Notes: generated by a model not told the origin, from the letters alone. A stretch of DNA of 63,630 nt, filler included, from 5 parts of 5 records of this genome joined end to end with filler, not necessarily neighbours in it, one strand, 5' to 3'; numbered from the whole stretch's first letter, positions 1-10,206 are shown. A program made the numbers and translations.

Positions 1-79
1 CCGCTACGCTCCGCGAAGCCCTCCTGCTCCGCAACTGAAACGCCTCGGTCAGAATGGTTCTACTTAGCCGGAAAATGCC

Positions 80-748
80 CTAGCCGGTCCCCAGATTTTT
101 CAGGACCATTTCTGTGGCGCCGCTGCAATCGCCCAGCTTCTCGCCGTTGCGCACGCGTTCCATGTTTGCGGTGCTGCGGGCTTCCTTGGCGTGGGCGCTT
201 TCCAGTATTTGCTCGGCCTGGCCGCGCTCGACGACGACGACGCCGTTGGCGTCGGCGATGACAAGATCGCCCGGCGTCACCGATGCGCCGGCGCAGTCGA
301 TCCGTTCGTTCATCGATCCGCCGATACCCTGAAGCCGCGTCGTGATCGGCGAGATGCCGCGGCTCCAGACCGGAAAGCCGATTTCGTCCAGTTCGTCGGG
401 GTCGGTGCAGGGGCCGTCGACGATCGCGCCCAACGCGCCGGCCGTCAGCGCTGCCAGGCCGACACCGCCGCCGATGCAGGCATGGCGGTCATCGCCCTGC
501 CGGTCGATGACCAGCACGTCGCCGGGCCGTAACAGGCCGACGGCGTGGTGCAGGATGGTCGAATCCTGGCCGGCGAAGGAAACGGTGACGGCGCATCCGG
601 CAATGGCCGATCCGGGTAGTACCGGCCGGACGTCGTTGGCCATGAAGCCGCTGTCGATCAGATGGCCGATCGTGGCGCTGGCGATGCCGCGGGCGAGGTC
701 CACAATCCCGGCATCCAGCGGCGGCGGCATATTATTTACGATAAACAT
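80..748 (-). CDS. RraA-family / HMG-aldolase-like protein
   Basis: Motifs GCAVTV, LRPGDVLVID, GAIVDG, VTPGDLVIADANGVVV. Start reassigned to ATG 748 (MFIVNN), which overlaps the upstream stop (TAATG) and has a GAGGAGG RBS. Confidence 0.85.
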   Translation of the reverse strand: MFIVNNMPPPLDAGIVDLARGIASATIGHLIDSGFMANDVRPVLPGSAIAGCAVTVSFAGQDSTILHHAVGLLRPGDVLVIDRQGDDRHACIGGGVGLAALTAGALGAIVDGPCTDPDELDEIGFPVWSRGISPITTRLQGIGGSMNERIDCAGASVTPGDLVIADANGVVVVERGQAEQILESAHAKEARSTANMERVRNGEKLGDCSGATEMVLKNLGTG

Positions 749-1578
749 TATTCCTCCTCGAAACCCACCTTGCCCAATAATTTCCGATGGCCGGCCACGG
801 GGATGCGTGAACGAATCAACTCCTGATAGTCGAAGTCGAGAACGGCACTGACCACGCCTTCGCCGTCGCGGGCACGCGCGATCACCGTTCCCCACGGGTC
901 GACGATCATGGAATTGCCGTACGTCGGCCGGGTGCCGTCTTCAATCCGTCCCGCCTGCGCGGCGGCCAGGATGTAGCATTGGGTATCGATGGCCCGCGCC
1001 CGGAGCAATGGCTCCCAGTGGTCTTTGCCGGTCATCAGGGTGAAAGATGCGGGGACAACGATGATCTTGGCGCCGCGCCGCGCCAGTTCCAGGAACAGTT
1101 CCGGGAAGCGCAGATCGTAGCAGATGGTGCAGCCGACACGGAGGTCGCCGACGTCATAGGTGACGATGTCTCGGCCCGGAGTCGTGACGGCGGATTCGTG
1201 ATAGACGGTGCCGTCCGGGCCGGTGATGTCGAACATGTGAATCTTGCGGTAGACGGCGCGGACTTCGCCCGTCGGGTCGAGAACCATCGTGGTGTTGTGA
1301 TAGTGCCCTTCCGACTTTTCGCAGAAGCTGCCACCATGAACCCACAGCCGATGGCGGACGGCAATCGTCTTGAGGGTTTCGAAGACGGCGCCCTGGCCCA
1401 AGATCTCGGCCCCGGCGCGGCGGCGGTCCGGATCGTATTCCCGAAACGCGAAGTGCTCCGGAAAGACGACCATTTCCGGCCGATCTCGGGCTACGGCCTC
1501 GTCGACAAGACGTTGAACCGCGGCGAGATTTGCCTGCTTGTCCGACAGGCTCTCCAACTGGATCAAGGAGACTTTCAT
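748..1578 (-). CDS. Carbon-nitrogen hydrolase (Nit1/omega-amidase-like)
   Basis: Glu-Lys-Cys triad motifs FPEH, YRKIH and ICYDLRFPE, plus GNSMIVDPWG. Confidence 0.9.
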   Translation of the reverse strand: MKVSLIQLESLSDKQANLAAVQRLVDEAVARDRPEMVVFPEHFAFREYDPDRRRAGAEILGQGAVFETLKTIAVRHRLWVHGGSFCEKSEGHYHNTTMVLDPTGEVRAVYRKIHMFDITGPDGTVYHESAVTTPGRDIVTYDVGDLRVGCTICYDLRFPELFLELARRGAKIIVVPASFTLMTGKDHWEPLLRARAIDTQCYILAAAQAGRIEDGTRPTYGNSMIVDPWGTVIARARDGEGVVSAVLDFDYQELIRSRIPVAGHRKLLGKVGFEEE

Positions 1579-1599
1579 GATCGCGCCCTCAGACTATGA

Positions 1600-2883
1600 C
1601 TATTGCGGTCCCATGATCAGGTTGGGCAGAAACAGCGTCAGTTCCGGCACATAGGTAATCAGCATCAAAACCACCGCCAGCGGCACCAACAGCGGCGCCA
1701 CCGCGATGACGACCCGTTCGAACGGCAGGTTGCTGACGCTGGACAGGATATACAGGCCCAGGCCCATCGGCGGCGTCGCGTGCCCCATCAGCACCGTCAA
1801 CGTCAGGACCAGGCCGAAATGCACCCGATCGACGCCGTACTGATCGACGATCGGCAGCAAAATCGGCACCAGCATCAGTTTCAGCGGAACCGCCTCGATG
1901 ACGCATCCCAACAGCAGGATCAAGAAGATGCTCAGGATCAAAAAGACGCCGCGCTGTTCGGTCAGCGACAGGAAGGCGCGGGTCAGCTGTTCGGGCACGC
2001 CCTCGATGGTCAGCACCCAGCCCATGGCGATGGAAAAGCCGACGATGATCATGACGACGCCGGTCATGATGACGGTGGCGGTGATGGCGTGCCACAGCTT
2101 GTCGCGCTGAAGGGTTCCCAGTATGGCGCCGACGAACAGCGAATAGACGCAGGCCAGGACGCCGGCCTCGGTCGCCGTCGTGAATCCGGTGGTGATCGCC
2201 GCCAGGATGATGATCGGGGCGACCAGGGCGAGGATGCCGTCGCGGGCCGAATGCAGGACCTGCGGCAGTGTCGCCCGCGGTTCCCGCGGGAAGCCGCGCT
2301 TGTCGGCGATCAGCCGGTTGTAGACCATCAGCGAAACGCCGACCAGGACGCCCGGCACGATGCCGCCCAGGAACAGCCGTCCGACCGAAACCCCGGACAG
2401 GAACGAATAGACCACCAGCGCGATCGACGGCGGGATGATCGGCCCGATGATGCCGGAAGCGAGCGTGATCGCGGCGGCGTAGTCGGCCGGGTATCCGCGG
2501 TCGCGCATGGCCTTGACCTCGACCGCGCCCAATCCTGCCATGTCGGCCGACGACGAACCGGAGACGCCGGCAAATATCATCGATGACAGCACGTTGACCT
2601 GTGCCAGGCCCGCCTTGAAATGGCCGACCAGGGCGGAGGCGAAGGCGAATATGCGGTCGGTCATACCGACGGCGTTCATCAGGTTGCCGGCCAGGATGAA
2701 AAACGGCACGGCGACCAGCGCCGGCTTGTCGACGCCCTCGAGGATCTGCGTCGGCACGATGTAAAGGGTGTCGGCCCAGCCGGAAACCAGCAGCGCCACG
2801 ATGACGGCGGCGCCCATGGAAATAGAGATCGGCACGCTCAGCAGAATCAGCGCGAAAAAACCGAGAACCAGGATCGTCGTCAT
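1600..2883 (-). CDS. dctM: TRAP transporter large permease
   Basis: 427-aa hydrophobic protein with PFFILAG, GPIIPPS, TATEA and TPPMG motifs. Confidence 0.92.
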   Translation of the reverse strand: MTTILVLGFFALILLSVPISISMGAAVIVALLVSGWADTLYIVPTQILEGVDKPALVAVPFFILAGNLMNAVGMTDRIFAFASALVGHFKAGLAQVNVLSSMIFAGVSGSSSADMAGLGAVEVKAMRDRGYPADYAAAITLASGIIGPIIPPSIALVVYSFLSGVSVGRLFLGGIVPGVLVGVSLMVYNRLIADKRGFPREPRATLPQVLHSARDGILALVAPIIILAAITTGFTTATEAGVLACVYSLFVGAILGTLQRDKLWHAITATVIMTGVVMIIVGFSIAMGWVLTIEGVPEQLTRAFLSLTEQRGVFLILSIFLILLLGCVIEAVPLKLMLVPILLPIVDQYGVDRVHFGLVLTLTVLMGHATPPMGLGLYILSSVSNLPFERVVIAVAPLLVPLAVVLMLITYVPELTLFLPNLIMGPQ

Positions 2884-2899
2884 GTCTGTTTCCCCCGGC

Positions 2900-3445
2900 T
2901 CAGTGTCCCGGTTCCGAAGAAACCGGGATTTCGCGCGATATGGCGGCGCGCAGCAGGATAAGTGTGACGTCGGCCAGAATCAGCCCGCAGCTCATGAAAA
3001 ACGGAAAGGTCAGCCAGAACCGCTCGATCATCACGAAGTCCGACACCTCGCCGACCTGCAGGGCGATGACGCCCGGCGATTCGATCATGATCACCGCCAT
3101 CACGAACAGCGTGACGACATGGCTGGCGATCCAGCCGATCGCCGGCGCCGGTCCGCCGATGCGGTCGATGACAAAACTGACCGCGATGTCGCGGCCGCGC
3201 CGGTAGATGACAAAAAACGACAGGAAGCTCATCCAGACGAAAAACACCGTCGTCCACGGAAACACGTCCATGCTGGCGGCGCCGAAAAGATTGCGCGAGG
3301 CGATGTTGGCGGCGTTGGCCGCCAACATCGTAATCAGGCACAGCGCGGCGGCGACCAGAAACACCCGTTCGATCCGTCCGAACAGGCGTTCCAGTATGTC
3401 GAAAAACCGCACCGCCGTACTCCCGTCAGCCACCGGCGTTGGCAA
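2900..3445 (-). CDS. dctQ: TRAP transporter small permease
   Basis: About four TM segments; lies between dctP and dctM. Start uncertain. Confidence 0.85.
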   Translation of the reverse strand: MPTPVADGSTAVRFFDILERLFGRIERVFLVAAALCLITMLAANAANIASRNLFGAASMDVFPWTTVFFVWMSFLSFFVIYRRGRDIAVSFVIDRIGGPAPAIGWIASHVVTLFVMAVIMIESPGVIALQVGEVSDFVMIERFWLTFPFFMSCGLILADVTLILLRAAISREIPVSSEPGH

Positions 3446-4445
3446 TTGCCGCGGCTTCGAGGAAACCGTCCGGCAGTTCGCCGTCCGCCTTCCACTGTTT
3501 CAGCAGATCCTTCGTCTTCTCGACGAAGGGTGCCGGGTCGATGGTCGAAAACTTGGCGCCTTCGGCCTTCATCCGGGCGAACGATTCCTGCACCGCTTTT
3601 TCCATTACTTCGTGGCTATAGGCCGATGCCGCCGCGTGGGCGTCGAGCAGGGCCTGCTGTTTGTCCTTCGGCAGGGCATCGAAGGCCTTGCCGTTCATCA
3701 TGAAGGCAATCGCCTGATAAAACGCGTCGAGCCGGATCACATGGGGCGCAACCTCGTAAAAGCGCATCGATTCGACCAGGGCCGCCGGGCTCGTCACCGA
3801 TTCGACGATGCCGGTCTTGATCGCCTGGTAGGTGTCCGTCCACGGCAGGGTGCGGACCTCGACGTCCAGCGCCGTCCAGGTCAGAACGCCGGTGCGGTTG
3901 TTGGCCTGGCGCATCTTGAGGCCCTTGAAATCCTCCAGCGTCGCCAGCGGTTTAGCCGAAACGACGACCCGATAGGGCCCTCGCATGACGCCGGTGATGT
4001 CGCCCAACACACGGACGCCGCTGGCCTCTTCGGCCCGTTTGCGCCAGCCGCTGACGAGATCGGAATTCATGAACCGGACCCAGGATTCGCGGTCCTTGAA
4101 GACGAAGCGCGGATAGACCCAGGCCATTTCCTTCGCCCACTTGGCGAGCCAGCCCGGCCCTTCGCCGTAGATGTGGATGGTGCCTTTCTGAAGCTGCTCA
4201 AGCACCGCTTTCGATTTGCCGAGCTGTTCGGACGGGAACACCTTGACCGTCAGCTCGCCGTTGGTGCGCTTCGCCACCTCATCGGCAAAATACTGGAAGA
4301 CGACGCCTTCCGGGCTTTCCGGCGGCATCTTGCTGGCGAAGCGCCAGTTCTCGGCGGCCGCCGACGCCGTGATCCCGATCGAAACGATGCCGGCGATCAA
4401 CGCCGTCATCGCGGGTTTGCTCATCCTTCCCCGTTTCATAGTCAC
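3426..4445 (-). CDS. dctP: TRAP transporter substrate-binding protein
   Basis: Signal peptide, VFPSEQLG and DFKGLKMR motifs. Start uncertain (4445 or 4424). Confidence 0.88.
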   Translation of the reverse strand: MTMKRGRMSKPAMTALIAGIVSIGITASAAAENWRFASKMPPESPEGVVFQYFADEVAKRTNGELTVKVFPSEQLGKSKAVLEQLQKGTIHIYGEGPGWLAKWAKEMAWVYPRFVFKDRESWVRFMNSDLVSGWRKRAEEASGVRVLGDITGVMRGPYRVVVSAKPLATLEDFKGLKMRQANNRTGVLTWTALDVEVRTLPWTDTYQAIKTGIVESVTSPAALVESMRFYEVAPHVIRLDAFYQAIAFMMNGKAFDALPKDKQQALLDAHAAASAYSHEVMEKAVQESFARMKAEGAKFSTIDPAPFVEKTKDLLKQWKADGELPDGFLEAAAIANAGG

Positions 4446-4846
4446 TGTTCTCCCCTAGGTTTGCACGGAACCCGAAAAAAACCGGGTAATTTGTCCTAGA
4501 CGCAACCGGGCGAGCCGTCAAACGGATTATGTTGAAAATAGCATTTTATCGCTAATTTCGAAGATATGGATAAAAATTCGCCGCCAAGCCGCCCCCGGCC
4601 ATCGTTTGGCCGGAACCGAAAACGGCGCGTCCGGACCTGTCATTTACCCGTGACAATTCGTTACCGAATACTCCGTTTACAGACATCTGTGTGACACGCG
4701 CGTGCCCTAGTCTTACGTTCGAACAAATAGGGGAAAGACGAATTTCAACGGCATCCGGGCCGGCGTTTCCGGAAAATCTGGGTGCCGCGAAACGCAAACA
4801 AGATGCGAAACGCCAAGAACAAAAGAATGGACGGACGTTGCGGCTC

Positions 4847-7399
4847 ATGACCCGGTTCTGCTCCCGACTGTTTGGCGCGGCCTGCGGGGCGTTATGCTTC
4901 CTGTGCGCGGCCGTCGGCATTGCCGGTGCCGACATCCTGACACCGGACGAACGCGCTTTCGTCGATGCCCACCCGGTGCTGCGCGTCGGCGTCGGCATCG
5001 CCTTTCCGCCCTTCCAGTATGTTGAGGAGTATGCCGGAAAAACCGTCTTCAAGGGCATGGTGTCGGACTATCTGACACTTCTTGAAAAGCGCTTGGGGGT
5101 CAGGCTCGAGCCGGTCTTCGGGATTCCCTTCAAGACCGCGCTGGCGATGGGCCGGGCCGGCGACATCGACGTCTTCGCGGCGGTCTCGGAAACGCCGGAA
5201 CGCCGGGAATTCCTGGTCTATACCGAACCCTACGTCTCCTATCCGCTGGTCGTCATCACCCGCGACGGCGCGCCCTTCGTCGGCTCCGTCGACGACCTGC
5301 ACGGAAAAAAAGTCGCCATCGTCAAAACCCTGGCGAACTACAGCCGGTTCATCAACGATTTGCCCGACCTGTCGGCCGACTTCGTGTTCGAGGCGGATGT
5401 TCCGGCGGTTTTGAAGGCGGTCTCCATGGGCCGGGCCGATGCCTGTGTCGTCAACCTCGCCGCCGCAAGCTACCTGATCAATGTCATGGGGCTGTCGAAC
5501 CTGCGGGTGGCGGCGCCGACCCCGTGGGGCGGCAACAAACTGGCGATGGCGGTCAGGAAGGACTGGCCGATCCTCGCCGGTATCCTGCAAAAGGGTCTCG
5601 ATACCGTATCGGCCGACGAACGCGAGGCGATCGCTCGGCGCTGGATCGAGCTGCGCTACGAACCGCTGGTCGATCCGGCCTTTATCGAACGCTTTCTGGT
5701 GCCCGCCGGCGCAATTGTCGTCACCATACTGATCGTCGTGATTTTGTGGAATCGGCGGTTGCAACGCGAAGTCGCCGACCGCAAACGGATCGAAGCGGCG
5801 CTTCGGAAAAGCGAGGAAAAGCTTGCCAGAACCTTCGAAGCCAGTCCCGCCGCCATGGCGATCACCAACATCGACAGCGGCCGGCTGGTCGACGTTAACG
5901 ACCGATGGATGTCCCTGTTCGGTTATACCCGCAACGAAGTTATCGGCAAGACGGCCGACGAAATCGGCTGCTGGAACGATCTTGGCCGCCGCGCCGAATT
6001 CATCGGGCAACTGTCCCGCGACGGCCAAGTCCGCGATTTCGAGGCATCGATCACGTCGCATGCCGGTGCCAAACTGACCGTCGTGCTGTCCGGCGAAGTG
6101 TTCGTGATCGGCGGCGAGCGTCGGGCCTCGGTCATCTATCGGGACGTTACCGAATCGAGGCGGGCCGAAAGGGCGCTGAAAAAAAGCGAACGGCGGCTCG
6201 ATCTTGCGATCCGCTCGACCCAGGACGGCCTTTGGGACTGGATCGCCGAAACCGGCGAGTTTTTCATTTCCCCGCGGTGGGCGCTGATGCTCGGGCTGGA
6301 ACCCGATGAAATCGAGGTCGGCGCCGATCCGTTCCCCGATCTTCTGCACCCGGACGACCGGGGCCGGGTCCTGACCTGCATCGAGGATTTCTTCGATGGC
6401 CCGGAAACCTTTTACGAGCAGGAATTCCGGCTGCGCCACAAGGACGGCCACTATATGACGATCCTGTCCAATGCCTTCGCCGAGCGCGACGCTGACGGCC
6501 GGGTGCTTCGCTTTACCGGCCGCCACACCGACGTCACCAAGATCCGCGAAACCGAACGCCAGTTGCTGCAATCCCGGAAACTGGAATCGGTCGGCCGTCT
6601 CGCCGGCGGCATCGCCCACGATTTCAACAATCTGCTGCAGGTGATTTTATCGACCGCCGATCTCGCCAAGACCCTGTTGGCGCAACATCCGCCGCAACAC
6701 GACGGCGTTTGCCGGGGCCTCGACAACATCCTGACGGCAGCCGAGCGCGGCGCCGAACTGACCCGGAACATGCTGGCCTTCTCGCGCGGCCAGTCGCTGG
6801 CCCCTGAAACCGTCGATCTTTCGCTATTGATCGCCGAAGCGCTGATCCTGGTCCGGCGGGCCATGCCGGAAAACGTCGAAATCGAAACCCGGCTCGAAAC
6901 CGGCCTTCCGTTCATCACCGTCGATCCGAATGCCTTCGTAAACGCGGTTCTCAACGTCGGCATCAACGCCCGCTTTGCGATGCCGGCCGGCGGTACTCTG
7001 ACCATCGGGGGGTGCCGCAAAACGGTGGACCATCGGATCGCCACCAAGGAAGGCAGCCTCGCCATCGGCGACTATGTCGAAATCACCCTGGCCGACACCG
7101 GCTGCGGGATGTCGGCCGAAACCCTGGAAAAGGCGTTCGAACCCTTTTTCACCACCCGCGAGGTCGGCCAGGGCAGCGGCCTCGGCCTCAGCATGGTCTA
7201 CGGCTTTGCCGAACAGTCGAAGGGTCACGTCTCGATCGAAAGCGACCTCGGCAAGGGCACAGAGGTGCGCATCCTGTTGCCCGTCGCCGCGGTTGCCGGG
7301 TCCGAACAAAACCCGCGCCGCATCGACAAACCGGTGACGTCGAAGGCCAGCATCGTCTCGCCCGGCACCGGCATCTACGAGGTCGACACGACGGAATAG
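4847..7399 (+). CDS. Sensor histidine kinase: periplasmic binding-protein domain, TM helix, two PAS domains, HisKA, HATPase
   Basis: H-box GGIAHDFNNLL, N-box NVGINAR, DTGCGM, FEPFFTT and GSGLGL. Start reassigned to ATG 4847. Confidence 0.9.
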   Translation: MTRFCSRLFGAACGALCFLCAAVGIAGADILTPDERAFVDAHPVLRVGVGIAFPPFQYVEEYAGKTVFKGMVSDYLTLLEKRLGVRLEPVFGIPFKTALAMGRAGDIDVFAAVSETPERREFLVYTEPYVSYPLVVITRDGAPFVGSVDDLHGKKVAIVKTLANYSRFINDLPDLSADFVFEADVPAVLKAVSMGRADACVVNLAAASYLINVMGLSNLRVAAPTPWGGNKLAMAVRKDWPILAGILQKGLDTVSADEREAIARRWIELRYEPLVDPAFIERFLVPAGAIVVTILIVVILWNRRLQREVADRKRIEAALRKSEEKLARTFEASPAAMAITNIDSGRLVDVNDRWMSLFGYTRNEVIGKTADEIGCWNDLGRRAEFIGQLSRDGQVRDFEASITSHAGAKLTVVLSGEVFVIGGERRASVIYRDVTESRRAERALKKSERRLDLAIRSTQDGLWDWIAETGEFFISPRWALMLGLEPDEIEVGADPFPDLLHPDDRGRVLTCIEDFFDGPETFYEQEFRLRHKDGHYMTILSNAFAERDADGRVLRFTGRHTDVTKIRETERQLLQSRKLESVGRLAGGIAHDFNNLLQVILSTADLAKTLLAQHPPQHDGVCRGLDNILTAAERGAELTRNMLAFSRGQSLAPETVDLSLLIAEALILVRRAMPENVEIETRLETGLPFITVDPNAFVNAVLNVGINARFAMPAGGTLTIGGCRKTVDHRIATKEGSLAIGDYVEITLADTGCGMSAETLEKAFEPFFTTREVGQGSGLGLSMVYGFAEQSKGHVSIESDLGKGTEVRILLPVAAVAGSEQNPRRIDKPVTSKASIVSPGTGIYEVDTTE

Positions 7400-7458
7400 G
7401 GCCGTCCGGCACCGCCCGACCCGTTACCCGCCGAAACCGCCTTTGCCGTTCTCCCAAA

Positions 7459-7544
7459 CGTTATGCCCGTGCTTGACACGGGCATCCACGACTAAAAAAG
7501 CGTGGATGGCCGGGTCTCGGCCAATGTCCGGCCCGGCCATGACG
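7459..7544. repeat. REP-like extragenic palindromic element
   Basis: Hairpins ATGCCCGTG/CACGGGCAT, ATCCACG/CGTGGAT and ATGGCCGGG/CCCGGCCAT between convergent genes; resembles alphaproteobacterial REP sequences. Confidence 0.7.
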
Positions 7545-7625
7545 ATGAAGAAGAGACCGTCAACGACGTTCCAGGCAATTTTCGAATGCTGTGACCCTCC
7601 GGGACAATAAGGCTTCCCCATCCCC

Positions 7626-8114
7626 CTACCGACACTCGAACGGAAATTCCCCGATCATCGGCGACGCCGGCGGGCAGGGCGGCGGACCGTCATCGCCCTC
7701 GGTAAGCCGTTCAAGGCGCAGGTTCACCTCGCGCCCGGCCGCCAGTTCATCGACCGGCCGGCCGACGAACATGTACTGGTAGGTCTCGGCCTGCACCGCG
7801 TACCCGGGAGCGACGAAATAGACGTTGGAAAAGCCCATGGCACCAGTCGGCACGATGATATCGACCATCTGAAATTCCGAAACCGCGGCCAGGTCATAGC
7901 GCCCGTCGGCATCGGTTCGGGTTTCGACCGGCTCCATCTCCATGCCGGGAACATGGGCGATGACGCGCACGCCCGGGATCGGTGTGCCGGTCTCGGCATC
8001 CATCACTTGCCCGGTCATCGGCGGCACGAAGGTCTTGATGTGGGGCGAAACCACAACGCAGGCCGAAACCAGGAACAGCAAGCCGGACAAAATCAAAAAC
8101 CTGACGGGGTGCAC
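7626..8114 (-). CDS. Putative lipoprotein with carboxypeptidase-regulatory-like (prealbumin-fold) domain
   Basis: Lipobox LVSAC and a GQVMDAETGTPIPGV...TDADGRY motif. Confidence 0.7.
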   Translation of the reverse strand: MHPVRFLILSGLLFLVSACVVVSPHIKTFVPPMTGQVMDAETGTPIPGVRVIAHVPGMEMEPVETRTDADGRYDLAAVSEFQMVDIIVPTGAMGFSNVYFVAPGYAVQAETYQYMFVGRPVDELAAGREVNLRLERLTEGDDGPPPCPPASPMIGEFPFECR

Positions 8115-8409
8115 GCGGGACTCCTTTTTTTTCGATTGCTTTCAAGGACGCTTGGAATTTCCGCGCGCCCGGCCGTGCCACCGGCATCCCAATCGCCGGT
8201 ATTTCCTTTTCGCATTTATGAACGGGCGAGGGGTTTTGCGCAGCTTCGAATGTGGCGGGTTCACGATCCGGAACCTTGACAATTGCCTCAAAATAGGATA
8301 AAATTCATGTGTTTTTAATTTGGTCCTAAGAAACGCCGCCGCTGGCCATCTAATGGGCTGATAACAAAGGAGAGTTCGCCAAAATGACGATTGAGGACGA
8401 TGAATGACG

Positions 8410-8509
8410 NNNNNNNNNNNNNNNNNNNNNNNNNNNNNNNNNNNNNNNNNNNNTTAATTAATTAANNNNNNNNNNNNNNNNNNNNNNNNNNNNNNNNNNN
8501 NNNNNNNNN
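8410..8509. other. Artificial contig spacer
   Basis: N run containing TTAATTAATTAA (stops in all frames); base composition changes abruptly across it. Confidence 0.97.
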
Positions 8510-9451
8510 CTTACTATTATGGAAGAAGGAACTGAGTTGCTTGGCCGTTTACAAAAACATTTGGCTGGCGACAAAGAAGTTAAACTTCCAATTCTTACTT
8601 CTTGTTGTCCGGGATGGGTTAACTTCTTCGAAAGTAATTTCCCGGATATGTTAGATGTGCCTTCAACTGCTAAGTCACCTCAACAGATGTTTGGTGCAAT
8701 TGCTAAAACATACGTGGCTGAAGAGTTAGGAATTAAGCGCGAGGATATGGTGGTTGTTTCAATCATGCCTTGTCTAGCTAAAAAATATGAAGCGCAACGC
8801 CCTGAATTTGCTGTTGATGGTAATCCTGATGTTGATTTCTCTTTATCAACTCGTGAGTTAGCGCAAATGATTAAAGGAGCTAACATCAACTTTGAAGATT
8901 TAACTGATGAGGATTTTGATAATCCAATGGGAGAATCTACAGGTGCGGGTGTTATTTTTGCCAACACAGGTGGTGTAATTGAAGCGGCTGCTCGTACAGC
9001 TTACGAAGTTCATACCAAGAAAAAGTTAGATAAAGTGGAGTTCGAAGCTTTACGTGGTTTCGAAGGTATTCGTTCTGCTACAGTTGATTTCGACGGACTT
9101 CCAATTAAAATAGGTATTGCTCATGGTTTAGGTAATGCTCGTAAACTATTAGAAGATGTACAAGCTGGTAAATCAGAGTTTCATGCTATAGAAATTATGG
9201 CTTGTCCTGGTGGATGTATTGGTGGTGGTGGTCAGCCTTATCACCATGGAGATACCAGCATCCTTAAAAAGAGAGCTGCTGCAATTTACCGTGAAGATGA
9301 AGGTAAAACAATCCGTAAGTCGCATGAGAATCCATTCATTGTAAAATTATACGAAGAGTTCTTGGGTGAGCCTTGTGGAGAGTTGTCTCACAAGTTGTTG
9401 CATACACACTATTTTGATAAGAAAAAGAAAATTGAAATCAATAACGACTAA
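8510..9451 (+). CDS. [FeFe]-hydrogenase catalytic subunit, 5'-truncated
   Basis: H-cluster motifs TSCCPGW, MPCLAKKYE and EIMACPGGCIGGGGQP, plus SHKLLHTHY. Confidence 0.95.
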   Translation, partial: LTIMEEGTELLGRLQKHLAGDKEVKLPILTSCCPGWVNFFESNFPDMLDVPSTAKSPQQMFGAIAKTYVAEELGIKREDMVVVSIMPCLAKKYEAQRPEFAVDGNPDVDFSLSTRELAQMIKGANINFEDLTDEDFDNPMGESTGAGVIFANTGGVIEAAARTAYEVHTKKKLDKVEFEALRGFEGIRSATVDFDGLPIKIGIAHGLGNARKLLEDVQAGKSEFHAIEIMACPGGCIGGGGQPYHHGDTSILKKRAAAIYREDEGKTIRKSHENPFIVKLYEEFLGEPCGELSHKLLHTHYFDKKKKIEINND

Positions 9452-9456
9452 GAGTT

Positions 9457-9933
9457 ATGGCAGAGTTAAAATTAGCTGAAAGCAAAGTTCAGGAACTAAA
9501 GGACGTTTGCAAAAAGTTCGATTACGATAAAGGCGAATTAATTAATGTGCTGCACGCTGCCCAGGGAATTTTTGGGTATTTGCCTGCTGAAGTACAGGAA
9601 ATTGTTGCCGACCAATTAAATGTGAATATTGCTCATGTATATGGTGTAGTTACTTTCTATTCTTTCTTTACCATGATTCCTAAAGGGGAGCATCCTGTAT
9701 CCGTTTGTATGGGAACAGCTTGCTACGTGCGTGGTGCAGAAAAAGTACTAGACGAGTTTAAGCGTTTGTTAGATGTAAAAGTCGGAGAAACTACTCCTGA
9801 TGGTAAATTCTCAGTAAGCAGCCTTCGTTGTGTTGGAGCATGTGGATTAGCTCCGGTAGTAACAGTAGGTGAAAAAGTTTACGGTAGAGTAGCACCTGAA
9901 GATGTGAAAGATATTTTAGCAGAGTACAATTAA
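9457..9933 (+). CDS. NuoE/HndA-like [2Fe-2S] hydrogenase subunit
   Basis: VVTFYSFF, CMGTACYVRG and CVGACGLAP motifs. Confidence 0.92.
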   Translation: MAELKLAESKVQELKDVCKKFDYDKGELINVLHAAQGIFGYLPAEVQEIVADQLNVNIAHVYGVVTFYSFFTMIPKGEHPVSVCMGTACYVRGAEKVLDEFKRLLDVKVGETTPDGKFSVSSLRCVGACGLAPVVTVGEKVYGRVAPEDVKDILAEYN

Positions 9934-9957
9934 AACTCAGATAAAATAAACAAAGAT

Positions 9958-9989
9958 AAACCCGTTCTGCTTGTTGGAACGGGTTTTTT
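9958..9989 (+). terminator. Intrinsic terminator of the hydrogenase operon
   Basis: AAACCCGTTC/GAACGGGTTT stem followed by a T run. Confidence 0.8.
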
Positions 9990-10206
9990 ATTTCCAGATA
10001 AAGGTTAGTAGTCATAGATATAATTAGCTGTCCTTCTAAATGTCTAGAAAGAAAGGAGGAGTTCCACGAAACATGAGCGGTTAATACAATGAACTTAATT
10101 ATAACAACAAAAATTCGGTTCACTATATTTAACATTCGGCAACTATCTTTTATGATAAAATCCAATCATACATTCAGAATGATTGTACACATTTGCAAAA
10201 AAAAGA

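Noticed and set aside
1-79. Possible insertion-sequence end at the window start
   Set aside because: No transposase ORF or partner inverted repeat is visible, and the stretch is too short to call.
8454-8465. Palindrome TTAATTAATTAA, present four times
   Set aside because: Always embedded in N runs; it is a synthetic six-frame stop linker.
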